Of a stretch of 64,000 nucleotides of DNA, positions 11,210 through 21,120 are shown in pieces (position 1 is the first letter of the stretch; each line of letters opens with the position of its first letter). Made by a program: the position numbers and the translations under genes. This DNA is from an uncultured Planctomycetaceae bacterium (GTDB lineage Bacteria > Planctomycetota > Planctomycetia > Planctomycetales > Planctomycetaceae), in assembly GCA_963815195.1 (NCBI GenBank), contig CAWFGE010000013.1:576001-640000 (forward strand), read 5' to 3'. The notes under the pieces were generated by a model. That model had not been told where the DNA came from. It made no database searches and saw nothing but the letters and a program-made list of their open reading frames with translations.

Positions 11210-12988
11210 ATGACAATTCGATTCTTTTGCCGGCAGACGCTCCGCCGGGGAACTTTGGCCGGCGTGGCAGCCGCATGCATTGGACTTCTGGACGCTCCGC
11301 CGTTGTCGGCCGAACCTCCGCACGGCTCCCGGCCCGTCTCCCGGAGCCGGGAGAATTGGATTCTCAGGGTCTCCTCCTCCGGCGACCTCAAGCCCGACCG
11401 GTCCAAGAACGACACAACAAACGGCGATAGAAAGGCCAATGAAGCCGCCGAGCCCGGCAAGCTCCGACCGGCCGATGCGGACAAGCCCGCGGGAAAGGCC
11501 ATGCCGCCCGCGCTTGAGCCGACCGCGATGCCGGACGATCCCGTGAATATCGGCGCGTCGAAAAACGTGATCCCGGAAGGCGAGGGATGCGTCATCGATC
11601 TGGTGACGGCCCTGCGGCTCGCGGAAACGGCGAACCCGCAGATCGCGATTTCCCGCTGGGGAATTCAGACGGCGATGGCCCAGCAGCTCGGGGCCCGCTC
11701 GCTCGCCTTGCCGCACCTCCGCGCCGGGATGAACTACCATTTCCACAACGGCGTGTTGCAGACATCGTTCGGCTTGATGCGGAAGGTCAATTCCCGGTCC
11801 TTCTACATCGGCGGCGGTTCGGGCACGCTCGCGGCGGAAACCCTCGCCTTTCCCGCCGTGCAGATCAACACCAACATCGGCGAAGCGCTGTACGCCCCCT
11901 TGGCGGCGACCCAACATGTTTACGCCAGCCAGTACGAAACCCGGGCCACGATCAACGAGGTGTTTCTGGAAGTCGCCAGCCGTTATTTAGAATTGATGTC
12001 CGCCGAGGCAGAGCTCAAGGCGATTCAGCAGTCGGAACAGGAGTTGGGCGAGGTCGCGCGGCTGACCGCTTCGTTTGCCGAGGCGGGACAGGCCCGAATT
12101 GCCGATGCCCGCCGGGCGCGCACCGAAGCGCTTTTGACCCGGCTGGAAGAGGAACGGGCTCAGGAAAAAGTTGCGGTCGCCTCCGCCGATCTGTCCCGTG
12201 TTCTGCACCTCGATCCTTCCGTCCGGCTGCGAACGCCGGGGGGGGCGATCGCGCCCGTCGATCTGATCAACCCCAACGAGGAACTTCCCGCCCTGATCGA
12301 GATCGCCCAGCGCACGCGGCCTGAACTGGCGGCTCGGATTGCCGAAATCAGCCGCCGCGATTACGAATATCTCCAGGCCAAGACCCGGCCGTTGTTTCCC
12401 GATGTGCAGGTGCGGTTCAGCGGCGGGGGATTCGGCGGCAGCACGAACCGCTACGATTTGGTCAAGATCAGCCCCGGCTTCGGTCCCATCTTCGGCCGGA
12501 CCGACTTCGACGTGATTGCGTTCTGGCAATTGGACAACTTGGGCATTGGAAACATTGCGAAGGCGAGGGAAAAACGCAGCGAACGCGAACTGGCCACCCT
12601 GGAATGGCACAACGAGCAGGCGACGATCCGCGAAGAAGTCGTCGACGCCTACGGACGGATGGAGCAAGCCTACGAAACCATGAAAATCGCCGAACGCCGA
12701 CTCGGCGACGCGGAACGCGGACTGCAGGAAGACCTCCAGCGGATCAAGGGCGGCGTGGGGCTGCCGGTGGAAGTTCTCGACAGCATGGTGCTGTTGATCG
12801 AGGCTCGAAACGCGCTGATCCGGGCGACGGTGGCCTACGACGTCGCCCAATTCAAGCTCTTCGTGTCGATCGGCCAGACGCCCGCCGCCGACCCCGCCAC
12901 CGATCCTGCCACCGGCGGCGAGAACATGCCGACGCCGGTTCCGACTCCCGCCCCGCAGAACAACAACGCTCCGAACAACAACCCGTAA
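11210..12988 (+). CDS. TolC-family outer membrane efflux protein 3 (start uncertain)
   Basis: Collinear with TolC1/2 (NPQIAISR, RTRPELAAR, GLPVEVLDS, YDVAQFKLFVSIG). Confidence 0.85.
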   Translation: MTIRFFCRQTLRRGTLAGVAAACIGLLDAPPLSAEPPHGSRPVSRSRENWILRVSSSGDLKPDRSKNDTTNGDRKANEAAEPGKLRPADADKPAGKAMPPALEPTAMPDDPVNIGASKNVIPEGEGCVIDLVTALRLAETANPQIAISRWGIQTAMAQQLGARSLALPHLRAGMNYHFHNGVLQTSFGLMRKVNSRSFYIGGGSGTLAAETLAFPAVQINTNIGEALYAPLAATQHVYASQYETRATINEVFLEVASRYLELMSAEAELKAIQQSEQELGEVARLTASFAEAGQARIADARRARTEALLTRLEEERAQEKVAVASADLSRVLHLDPSVRLRTPGGAIAPVDLINPNEELPALIEIAQRTRPELAARIAEISRRDYEYLQAKTRPLFPDVQVRFSGGGFGGSTNRYDLVKISPGFGPIFGRTDFDVIAFWQLDNLGIGNIAKAREKRSERELATLEWHNEQATIREEVVDAYGRMEQAYETMKIAERRLGDAERGLQEDLQRIKGGVGLPVEVLDSMVLLIEARNALIRATVAYDVAQFKLFVSIGQTPAADPATDPATGGENMPTPVPTPAPQNNNAPNNNP

Positions 12989-13086
12989 TCTTCTGGCAAC
13001 CGTTCAGAGCGTCGGCTTCCAGCCGCCGCGATCGATTTTCGCTGGTGAGGCCGCGACGTTGGTTGCGGCTTCGCCGCGTCGGGCGG

Positions 13087-14748
13087 TCAGCGAGAGTCGC
13101 CGTTTTTCGGTGGGGCGTTTGAGGATTCGTTCGGAAGGGCCGGGGCGCGGGTGATTTGGGGGAACAACTTCTTCGCCTCGGCCTGGTCCGCGTCCCCTTT
13201 CGCCGTCTCGCCCTGCTCCTTCCGCGCTCGGCCGCGGTAATAGAGGGCCCGCGCGCGGATGCCTTTGTTCGTTGGCGCGGCCTGTTCGATGGCTTTCGTG
13301 AAGTCTTTCTCGGCCTCCGCCGGTTTGTTGGAAGCCAGTTCCGCCAATCCCCGCGCGAGCCAACCGCCGGCCCATTTCGGGTCAAGCTTGATGGCCCGGT
13401 TCGCCTCGTCCAATGCTTTCTCGATTTCATTCAGGCGGACAGAACACCGCGCCAAAAGACCCAAAGTCCGGGCCATCGCCGCCGCGCCGCCCGGTTCGGA
13501 CTTTTTGGGCTCGATCAATTCGAGCGCGGTCAGGCCGTCCGCGCGGGCCTTTTCCGGCTGCTCCATTTCCAAATAGGTGTTGGCCCGCGCCCAGTACAGA
13601 TCCAACCGCGTCGGGGCCAGCTTGACGGCTTTGCTGAAGTCGTCGACGGCCTTGGCCAGGTCCTGTTTCTGGAGATACGCCATCGCCCGATGGGTATGGT
13701 AAACGTAATCGTTGGGGGCCTTTTCAATGGCCTCGGTAAAGTCCTCGATGGCCGGATCAATGCGGCCCAGTTGCAGGCGCACCCGGCCGCGCTCGAAGCG
13801 GAACAACGCCGACTTCGGCTCGGCCTCGACGGCCGCATCCAAATCGGCGAGCGCCTCTTGGAAGCGATTGACGTGTTCGTAAGCCACGGCCCGGATGTAC
13901 CGGGCGAGGCCCAGCTTCGGATGCGCCTTGATGATTTTGTCCGCATCCTCGATGGTCTGTTTGATCTCGCCCATCGCCAGCGCGAGTTCCGCCCGCTCCA
14001 GCCGAAGGTCCAGATCCGCGGGCCGGAGTTCGACGGCCCGGGCGTAATCGGCCAAGGCGTCTTTTTCTTTCCCTTGCCGAGCCAATAGCCGGCCCCGCTG
14101 TAACAACGCATCGACGTAATCCGGGTTGAGCCGGAGCGCCTCGTTGAACTTCTCGAGCGCCACCGCGGGCCGGCCGTCGGCGAGTTCCTCCAGTCCCTCG
14201 CGGTACGCCGCGTCCGCGATGCTCGCAAAAAACCGGGTCTGGCTATTGACGTCGAGCAAGAGCGAACCCACGCTCAGCGCCATTCCCGCCAGGAGCGGAA
14301 CCGCCACACTCGACCGCCGTCCGCCTTCCACCCGCCAGGCTTGAAAGCGCTGACGCTGCGGCACAACAAAAATCAGCACGATGAAAATGCAGGACACCGC
14401 CTCTATTGCCGGTCCGATCCACCAAACCCAAGCATCCCAAAGGCCAAGCCGAAACAGCCACATGAAGCGGCTGTACGGGGACATCCACCACGGGGCCCCG
14501 TAGGCAATCGACGTGATGAGAGATGCCGCCAATGCCGCCACGCCGACAAGGAGCGGTCCCCACGCGAACCGCGACGGATCGAGTCGCCGGCGGTTGAGGC
14601 TCGCCATCACCCCGCCCCAAACCGCCGAAAAACCCGCCGTGAAAAACACCGTCGCAATTGCCAGAATGACCGGCGGCCACGGGGGCGCGGCGTTTTTCGG
14701 GGGACTCTTCGCAGGTGAATCGGCGCGAACGGATGCGTCTTGCGTCAC
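13087..14748 (-). CDS. Membrane-anchored tetratricopeptide repeat protein
   Basis: Several N-terminal hydrophobic segments followed by many TPR-like repeats (ALLQRGRLL..ALADYARAVEL, YTHRAMAYL..AVDDFSKAVKL pattern). Confidence 0.85.
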   Translation of the reverse strand: MTQDASVRADSPAKSPPKNAAPPWPPVILAIATVFFTAGFSAVWGGVMASLNRRRLDPSRFAWGPLLVGVAALAASLITSIAYGAPWWMSPYSRFMWLFRLGLWDAWVWWIGPAIEAVSCIFIVLIFVVPQRQRFQAWRVEGGRRSSVAVPLLAGMALSVGSLLLDVNSQTRFFASIADAAYREGLEELADGRPAVALEKFNEALRLNPDYVDALLQRGRLLARQGKEKDALADYARAVELRPADLDLRLERAELALAMGEIKQTIEDADKIIKAHPKLGLARYIRAVAYEHVNRFQEALADLDAAVEAEPKSALFRFERGRVRLQLGRIDPAIEDFTEAIEKAPNDYVYHTHRAMAYLQKQDLAKAVDDFSKAVKLAPTRLDLYWARANTYLEMEQPEKARADGLTALELIEPKKSEPGGAAAMARTLGLLARCSVRLNEIEKALDEANRAIKLDPKWAGGWLARGLAELASNKPAEAEKDFTKAIEQAAPTNKGIRARALYYRGRARKEQGETAKGDADQAEAKKLFPQITRAPALPNESSNAPPKNGDSR

Positions 14749-15067
14749 GAGTCTCTCCTTCTCGGCCCAATCGTCGTCGGCGGTTTCTTACACTCCGCCC
14801 GCACTACGCGAAACGGAGCAATCGGGAAAAGGCGGGCGGATCCGTACGGGGGCCCGGGACTTGGATCAGAAAAAAGTCCTGAGCGAGATGTCCACTCTTC
14901 CCAGTTTGTTGAGCACGTCCCTAACGGAGTTTAGCATCTATCGCGGCGGTTGTGCAGTTTGACTCCGCCCCGTTTTCGGAGAAAGATCACGCCAACGATA
15001 CGTTTGCGAATCGCTCCCCCAAAAGCCGACCATGCGGGCCGTCGGAAACGCGGATCACGATCAATGC

Positions 15068-16522
15068 CTAGCGAACGCGGCGGCGGTTCTCGAAATCGAT
15101 CTGCGTGACGCCTTGCGGTTTGCGGTTGGCTTCGGCGATGCGCGTTCTCAATTGCGAAGCGAGTTCCGCCATGATTTGGGCGTGCTCTTTACTGTTGGCG
15201 AGATTCTTCATTTCCTGCGGGTCGGTTTGATGATCGTAAAGCTCCGCGCCGAGTTTTCCGTCCTCGCCCCATTCCGTGTAGCGGTAGCGCGGCGTGCGGA
15301 GACTATAGCCGTTGGCAAACTGTGTGAAAGCCGCCTTGCGGGGCGCGGCCGTGGGGTCTTGGAGTGCGGGGACCAGGCTCACGCCGGCAGTCGACTTCGG
15401 CGGCATTAACCCGGCGAGTTCCGCGAGCGTGGGATAGAAATCCACCATCTCCACCGGACTTTTCGCCGTCTCACCCGCGGCTTTCACACCCGGACCGGCG
15501 ATAATGAGCGGCACGTGCGTCGCGTTTTCAAAGAGCGTCGTCTTTTGATAGTACCCGTGCTCGCCCATGTGATAACCATGATCGGACGTAAACAGGATAA
15601 CCGTGTTTTCCGCAAGGCCCGCTTCGTCCAATGCATCTAAGATCTTCCCGAGCTGCGCATCGGCAAAAGTGATGGAAGAGTAATAGGCTTGAATCGCCTG
15701 GCGGGCGAGATCGTCGGCGAGGTTGACTTGCTCCTTCTTCCGTAACAGCGATTGCTGGGCCGGCTTGGGCAGCGTGTCCAGATAGCCTTCGGGGACCTGG
15801 GGGACTTTGATTTGGCTCGTGGGATAGAGATCGAAATACTTTTTCGGAGCCACATAGGGCGTATGCGGCCGATAGAGACCCACGGCGAGATAGAACGGCT
15901 TTTTGTTCTTGCCATATTCCTTTAGCAGCTTGGCGGCTTCGTTCGCGGCGATGCCGTCGGTTTGCTCTTCGTCGGCGCCTTCCGCGGCGAGCCAGCTTAA
16001 AGTGCCCCCGAAACTTCCCGGCCGCAGGCTGAAAATCTTCGGCTCATCATCGCGGTCCCGCCCGCGGGGATTGATGGTATGGTCCCAGGAATAAGGATCG
16101 TCATGCCCGCCCGTGCCGATGTGAAGCGGCACGTTGTAGTGGAAGATTTTCCCGATCCGCGTGGCGAAGTAGCCGGCGTCGCGGAACATCTGCGGGATGG
16201 TTTTCACGTTGGGCACATGTTCGCGGACATAGATCGCGTTCCGGTGGATCAAGGTCTGATCGGGGTACATCCCGGTCATAAACGAAGCTCGGCTGGGACC
16301 GCACAGCGGATATTGGCAATACGCGTGCTGAAACCGCACACCCCGCTGGGCCAGCCGGTCGATGTTCGGCGATTTGACCTGCGGATGCCCGTAACATCCG
16401 AGATCGCAATTGAGGTCATCGCAGATCAAAAATAGCACGTTTGGTTTTTGGGAATCATCGGCACCTAGGCCGATGTTTGTGATGGAGACGACAAAGCACA
16501 TCAGGAACAAATAGCGAAACAT
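15068..16522 (-). CDS. Sulfatase (formylglycine-dependent, iduronate/choline sulfatase-like)
   Basis: Signal peptide; NVLFLICDDL; CGPSRASFMTG; GKIFH; RPHTP; SDHGYHMGEH. Confidence 0.95.
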   Translation of the reverse strand: MFRYLFLMCFVVSITNIGLGADDSQKPNVLFLICDDLNCDLGCYGHPQVKSPNIDRLAQRGVRFQHAYCQYPLCGPSRASFMTGMYPDQTLIHRNAIYVREHVPNVKTIPQMFRDAGYFATRIGKIFHYNVPLHIGTGGHDDPYSWDHTINPRGRDRDDEPKIFSLRPGSFGGTLSWLAAEGADEEQTDGIAANEAAKLLKEYGKNKKPFYLAVGLYRPHTPYVAPKKYFDLYPTSQIKVPQVPEGYLDTLPKPAQQSLLRKKEQVNLADDLARQAIQAYYSSITFADAQLGKILDALDEAGLAENTVILFTSDHGYHMGEHGYYQKTTLFENATHVPLIIAGPGVKAAGETAKSPVEMVDFYPTLAELAGLMPPKSTAGVSLVPALQDPTAAPRKAAFTQFANGYSLRTPRYRYTEWGEDGKLGAELYDHQTDPQEMKNLANSKEHAQIMAELASQLRTRIAEANRKPQGVTQIDFENRRRVR

Positions 16523-16587
16523 AGAGGCCTCCTCGTTGGAAGTTGGAACGGCTCGTGCTAATTAAACTCACTCGAACTGTAAGAGGA

Positions 16588-16890
16588 TAAACCACGAAAG
16601 ACACGAAAGACACGAAAGGAAGAAGGGAGGCTTCCGATTGGGTGAGCGCAGTTCCTGTGGCCTCAATCGGTAGGTCGCACAGTTTCGAACCGCGGATCAC
16701 AGATTTTCGCGGATAAAAACCTAAGCGGCCCTTGACGTTTCTCGCGACGAAATCGGAAATGCAGCAAAAGGTTTCCTTCGATTCCTCCGCGAAATCCGCT
16801 GGGCTCGAGTGCTCTCAGGCCTGCAGGGAGGCAAGAGGATTTCAGAGAGTTCTGGCTGTTTTTCGTGTCATTCGTGTGTTTCGTGGTTAA
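16588..16890. repeat. Inverted pair of 9-bp-period repeat arrays with a second inner inverted pair
   Basis: ACCACGAAAGACACGAAAGACACGAAAG at 16591-16618 and TTTCGTGTCATTCGTGTGTTTCGTGGTT at 16861-16888; inner GATTTTCGCGGA near 16702 and TCCGCGAAATC near 16786. Confidence 0.75.
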
Positions 16891-16920
16891 AAGCCTTTAC
16901 AGTTTGAGTAACTAAAACGT

Positions 16921-18411
16921 CTACGGTCGCGGCGGGATTTCGATCGGGAAATAATCTCGGTCGCGGTTTTTATAATGGAGTTTGGAGAAATCGTGCGTGT
17001 GGATGGCTTGCGCATCCACGTTATAGATCGAGCCGGCGATCGGCTCGAAGCTTGCGCGGAAATGGGCGGCGGATTTGAGGGCGATGTATTTCATAAGGGT
17101 GCAATCGATGCCGAGCGTTTTCGCGAACGCCGGTCCGAGAGGTTGCTCCGGGGCGGTGACGACCACCACGGACACGCCGTCCTGTTTGAGCCACGCCGAG
17201 CGGCCCATGTTGCCTGTAAGACCCGCCAACATCGGGCCATCATAAGTAAAATCGCCATCGGACACCGCCATGACCTCTGCGTTCATTTTCACGGGCGGGC
17301 CTTGGACCGGATCGGACTTGCCGCCGACTTCGATCGCCAGCCGGCTCCCCACGCCCGCGGCATGGGCCGCCTCCGCGACTTCGGGATCGACGATATAGAG
17401 GATCAACGCGTCATCCAGTTTCCGGTCGAGGAAGGTTTGCAGGATTTCGGTGGAATCGCCGGCCGCACCGCCGCCGGTGTTGTCGGCATGGTCGGCAAGG
17501 ATTATCGGATACCGCCCCGCGGTTTCGCCGGCTTCGAGGGCCTCGCTCACGGAAACGATCGGCTGCTGCCAGCGTTCGCGGTGTTCCCAAATCCAGTTTG
17601 CCAATGCGTCGGCTGCCGAATCCGCGAGACTTTGGTCTTCGTTGGCAACGACGATCACGCTCGGCCCCATTTCGGGAACGTCGGCCCAGGGAAATCCGGT
17701 GGCCAACGTGACCGAGAGTATCCCTGCGCGGGTCTCCATGTCGTGCACCTGTTGCATGACCTCGTTCATCGGCGGATGCGCGGTCACTTGCCGGGAGCAG
17801 CCCCAGAACATCGGCAACTGCTTGAGAGCCATCACCGGGTGGATTTGGCCCGCGAGCATCGAGACCATCAAGTCCGCGGCTTCGCGGCCGCGCTCGGCCA
17901 TGTCGATGTGCGGATAGGTGTCAAACCCGACGATCGCATCGGCGAGCTTCACGCGTTTCTGAGTGTGATTGCCGTGGAGGTCGAACGTCACAATCACCGG
18001 GCGACCGGGGCCGACGACTTCGCGGACCGCCGCGATCACATCGCCGTCGCCGTCGTCGATGCCTTCCACGACCATCGCCCCGTGCAAATCCAACAGCACG
18101 CCGTCCACCTTTCCATGCGCGGCCTCGTCCGCCCGCAGGCGGTCCAGGAGTTCCGCCTTCAGGGCCTCGTAATCCTCCCGCACGATCGGCCCACTGGGAT
18201 AAGCAAAAGCCCAAAGCAAAGGCACCACGTCGAAGCCATGCGTCTCCGCCCCCTCGAGAAATCCGCCCGTGCAGACGTTCGCCCCGCGAAACCGCTTGAG
18301 CATATCCTCGCCGCGGTACAAACCGAACCCGGTTTCAAACTCGCGAAGGGTCGTTTTGGTTTTGGAAAACGTGCTGGTTTCGTGGGAAATCCCGCCGATG
18401 GCAATTCGCAT
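16921..18411 (-). CDS. M81 family metallopeptidase (MlrC-like)
   Basis: RIAIGGISHETSTF; LDLHGAM; TFDLHGN; TYPHIDM; DNTGGGA; LKSAAHFRA. Confidence 0.92.
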   Translation of the reverse strand: MRIAIGGISHETSTFSKTKTTLREFETGFGLYRGEDMLKRFRGANVCTGGFLEGAETHGFDVVPLLWAFAYPSGPIVREDYEALKAELLDRLRADEAAHGKVDGVLLDLHGAMVVEGIDDGDGDVIAAVREVVGPGRPVIVTFDLHGNHTQKRVKLADAIVGFDTYPHIDMAERGREAADLMVSMLAGQIHPVMALKQLPMFWGCSRQVTAHPPMNEVMQQVHDMETRAGILSVTLATGFPWADVPEMGPSVIVVANEDQSLADSAADALANWIWEHRERWQQPIVSVSEALEAGETAGRYPIILADHADNTGGGAAGDSTEILQTFLDRKLDDALILYIVDPEVAEAAHAAGVGSRLAIEVGGKSDPVQGPPVKMNAEVMAVSDGDFTYDGPMLAGLTGNMGRSAWLKQDGVSVVVVTAPEQPLGPAFAKTLGIDCTLMKYIALKSAAHFRASFEPIAGSIYNVDAQAIHTHDFSKLHYKNRDRDYFPIEIPPRP

Positions 18412-18529
18412 GGATGGCTGCTCGCTGGCGTGGTGCAGGATGGACTGTCAACAGGTCGAGACATCATTCAAAAGTATTTCGAGGCGGCACACAACACCGA
18501 CGAAGCTTTCCCGCGGATTTTCTACCGCT

Positions 18530-18946
18530 TCAGCATCCGCCGTGCTTGCCGGCGCGGGCGGCGGATTTTTGGATCAGCTCTTTCAAAACGTCCAAATCAA
18601 TGTCGTCCAGCTTTTTGATGTACAGGCAGGATTTGCCGGTTTTGGATTTGCCGAGCCTGGCCATCAGGGGGTCGTCCTCCGCGATGCCGCCCATGATATA
18701 GAGCGTGAGGTTTTGTTTTCGCGGCGAGAAGCCCGTGACGAACCAATCGTTTTCGCGGCCGTCGGCATATTGGTAACGGCAGCTGCCAAAACCGACGATG
18801 GTCGGCCCCCACATCGCCGGTTCCTCGCCGGTGACTTCCTGCATGATTTCCACGATGGTTCGGCAGTCCTCCCGGCGTTTGGCATCCACGGTGTTCAGGA
18901 ATGCCTCGACATCGCCGTCGTTCTTTTGCGTTTTCAGTTCAGCCAT
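18530..18946 (-). CDS. DUF1801 (YdhG-like) protein
   Basis: MAELKTQ..; MWGPTIVGFG; GFSPRKQNLTLY; LGKSKTGKSCLYIKKLDDID. Confidence 0.9.
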   Translation of the reverse strand: MAELKTQKNDGDVEAFLNTVDAKRREDCRTIVEIMQEVTGEEPAMWGPTIVGFGSCRYQYADGRENDWFVTGFSPRKQNLTLYIMGGIAEDDPLMARLGKSKTGKSCLYIKKLDDIDLDVLKELIQKSAARAGKHGGC

Positions 18947-19130
18947 GTTGGTCGAATTGGTTGGTGGTGTTCGGCGCGAGTCGTCATTGCCTCCACTTGA
19001 ACGTTTTCGCGGCCGAATTTCAAATCCGCCACGCGATTTCCATCGCAGAGCTTGGCAAGCGGGCATCGGCTGCGCAGAATAAGTGGCGGAGGTTTCCTAC
19101 TTCGCTTCTTTTTCATTGATAGAGGTTGCC

Positions 19131-20027
19131 ATGCACGGGCCTACGCGTCGCGAGTTTCTCAAAACCAGTGCCGTGGCAGGATTGGCGGGGGTATCTTCCG
19201 CGTGGGTCGGGCCCATTTCGGCGGCACCGGCAGCGAAAACGTCCGCGATGCGGTTCGGGCTCGTCACGTATCTTTGGGGAGCCGACTGGGACTTGCCCAC
19301 GCTGATTGCCAACTGCGAACAGGCAAACCTTCCGGGCGTCGAGCTGCGAACCACGCACACCCACGGCGTCGAACCGGCGCTCTCCGCGCAGCAGCGGAAA
19401 GACGTGAAGAAACGGTTTGAAGACAGCAGCGTGACGAATGTGGGCATCGGCAGCAACGAACGCTACGACAACCCCGACCCGGCGGTCCTCAAAAAAGCCA
19501 TCGAGGCCACCAAAGCCTTCATCCGCCTCAGCCAGGACGTCGGCGGCAGCGGCGTGAAAGTCAAACCCGACCGTTTCTACAAAGATGTCCCCCGCGAAAA
19601 AACCATCGAGCAGATCGGGCGGTCGCTGAATCTCCTCGGGAAATACGGGGCCGACTACAATCAGCAAATTCGCCTGGAAGTCCACGGCCAGTGCGCGGAG
19701 CTGCCGACGATTCGGAAAATTCTCGACGTGGCCGATCATCCCAACGTCGCGATTTGCTGGAACTCGAACCCGCAGGACCTGGAAGGGGCCGGCCTCGAAA
19801 AGAATTTCCGATCGGTGGCCGACCGCTTTGGAGCCACCTGCCACGTTCACGAATTGGATTCCAAGACCTATCCTTACGAGAAGCTGTTCGCGTTACTTAA
19901 CGACATCCAATACAAAGGCTGGATTCTCCTGGAAGCCGGCAAACCGCCCAAAGATCGGCTCGCGGCCCTCAAAAACCAACGCCGGCTGTTTGACGAACTC
20001 GCGGCATCCACGGCTCCCAAAGGATAA
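19131..20027 (+). CDS. Tat-exported sugar phosphate isomerase/epimerase (xylose-isomerase-like TIM barrel)
   Basis: TRREFLK twin-arginine motif; GVELR, IRLEVH, CHVHE, ILLE metal-ligand pattern; GAGG RBS before ATG 19131. Confidence 0.85.
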   Translation: MHGPTRREFLKTSAVAGLAGVSSAWVGPISAAPAAKTSAMRFGLVTYLWGADWDLPTLIANCEQANLPGVELRTTHTHGVEPALSAQQRKDVKKRFEDSSVTNVGIGSNERYDNPDPAVLKKAIEATKAFIRLSQDVGGSGVKVKPDRFYKDVPREKTIEQIGRSLNLLGKYGADYNQQIRLEVHGQCAELPTIRKILDVADHPNVAICWNSNPQDLEGAGLEKNFRSVADRFGATCHVHELDSKTYPYEKLFALLNDIQYKGWILLEAGKPPKDRLAALKNQRRLFDELAASTAPKG

Positions 20028-20057
20028 TCGCCGACCACTCTTTCCCTCCAAAACGAC

Positions 20058-20714
20058 ATGACGGATCGAGACGCCCGCACTTATCAACACGCCCGCACGA
20101 AGTTGGGCAACACGCTTCGTCTGCGCGGGATTACCGACGAGCGGGTGCTGGCAGCGATGGAGGAAGTTCCCCGCGAGCGGTTCGTGCCGCCGGACCTCCG
20201 GGCCGACGCCTACGCCGACATCGCGCTACCCATCGGCGAGGGCCAGACCATCAGCCAGCCGTTCATCGTGGCCCTGATGACCCAATCCCTCGACCTCACC
20301 GGCGAGGAAAAAGTCCTGGAAGTCGGCACGGGCAGCGGATACCAGGCGGCGGTGCTCGCGAAACTCTGCCGGGAAGTCGTCACCATCGAACGGCTCAAAG
20401 AACTGGCCAACCCCACGATGCGACTGTTGAAGGAACTCGGCGTTTCGAACGTGGTTTCTCACATCGGCGACGGCACGCTCGGCTGTCCCGACGAAGCGCC
20501 TTACGACGGCATCGTGGTCACCGCCGCCGCCCCGGACATTCCCGCGCCCTTGTTCGATCAGCTCAAAGAAGGCGGACGGTTGATCATTCCCGTCGGCACG
20601 GTCGATGCCCAGTCGCTGTACCGCGTGACGAAACAGACCGGCCGCCCGGTGAGCGAAATCCTCTGCGAATGCCGGTTCGTCAAACTCATCGGAGCCGCCG
20701 GCTGGCAAGAATGA
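20058..20714 (+). CDS. pcm: Protein-L-isoaspartate O-methyltransferase
   Basis: VPRERFV; LPIGEGQTISQP; VLEVGTGSGYQAA; APYDGIVVTAA; QLKEGGRLIIPVG. Confidence 0.95.
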   Translation: MTDRDARTYQHARTKLGNTLRLRGITDERVLAAMEEVPRERFVPPDLRADAYADIALPIGEGQTISQPFIVALMTQSLDLTGEEKVLEVGTGSGYQAAVLAKLCREVVTIERLKELANPTMRLLKELGVSNVVSHIGDGTLGCPDEAPYDGIVVTAAAPDIPAPLFDQLKEGGRLIIPVGTVDAQSLYRVTKQTGRPVSEILCECRFVKLIGAAGWQE

Positions 20715-20715
20715 G

Positions 20716-20749
20716 CAGGGGCCAGAGGCCGGTGGTTAGAGATCAGGGG
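20716..20749 (+). repeat. Degenerate heptamer tandem array (CAGGGGY-like)
   Basis: CAGGGGC CAGAGGC CGGTGGT TAGAGAT CAGGGG; inverted partner at 21100-21118. Confidence 0.55.
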
Positions 20750-21072
20750 GAAGTCCAATTGAATGATTTGCAAGATATTCGTCGGCCCATTTTGGCAAAC
20801 CGAGTGTAGTGAAGGGATACCACATCCCCCTTACGACAATTGGCCCCATATTGCGAACAACGTGTGGCTGATCCAAGTCGAACACCTCTACGTCCGCCTT
20901 CACCAGAAGCGTGGAGAGATCAACGGGCAGGTAGTTGTCATAGCCAAAGGCGCGAATAATCCCCAAAGCCTCGCCAAGCGACCATGCGGTCACTCCAAAT
21001 CCAAGGGGGGCATGCGGGAGCGGGGATTCAACCCAAAACGCGATGAGCCCGGATAACGTTTCTTCGTTCCAT
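20736..21072 (-). CDS. Small hypothetical protein (GFGVTA...LD..HV..NM...RG.WYP pattern); start uncertain
   Basis: Frame of ORF 20736..20993 stays open upstream (LIAFWVESPLPHAPLGFGVTAWS); nearest ATG (21072) is out of frame, suggesting an indel or 5' decay. Confidence 0.5.
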
Positions 21073-21099
21073 ATCGGTCGTGGCGTGGGAGGGATTCTT

Positions 21100-21118
21100 C
21101 CCTGACCCCTGACCCCTG
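21100..21118 (-). repeat. Heptamer tandem array (CCCCTGA)n
   Basis: CCCTGACCCCTGACCCCTG just after the PIN/TRAM stop codon. Confidence 0.6.
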
Positions 21119-21120
21119 GA

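Noticed and set aside
16921..18411. Microcystin degradation pathway
   Set aside because: M81 peptidases are widespread, and no mlrA, mlrB or mlrD is adjacent
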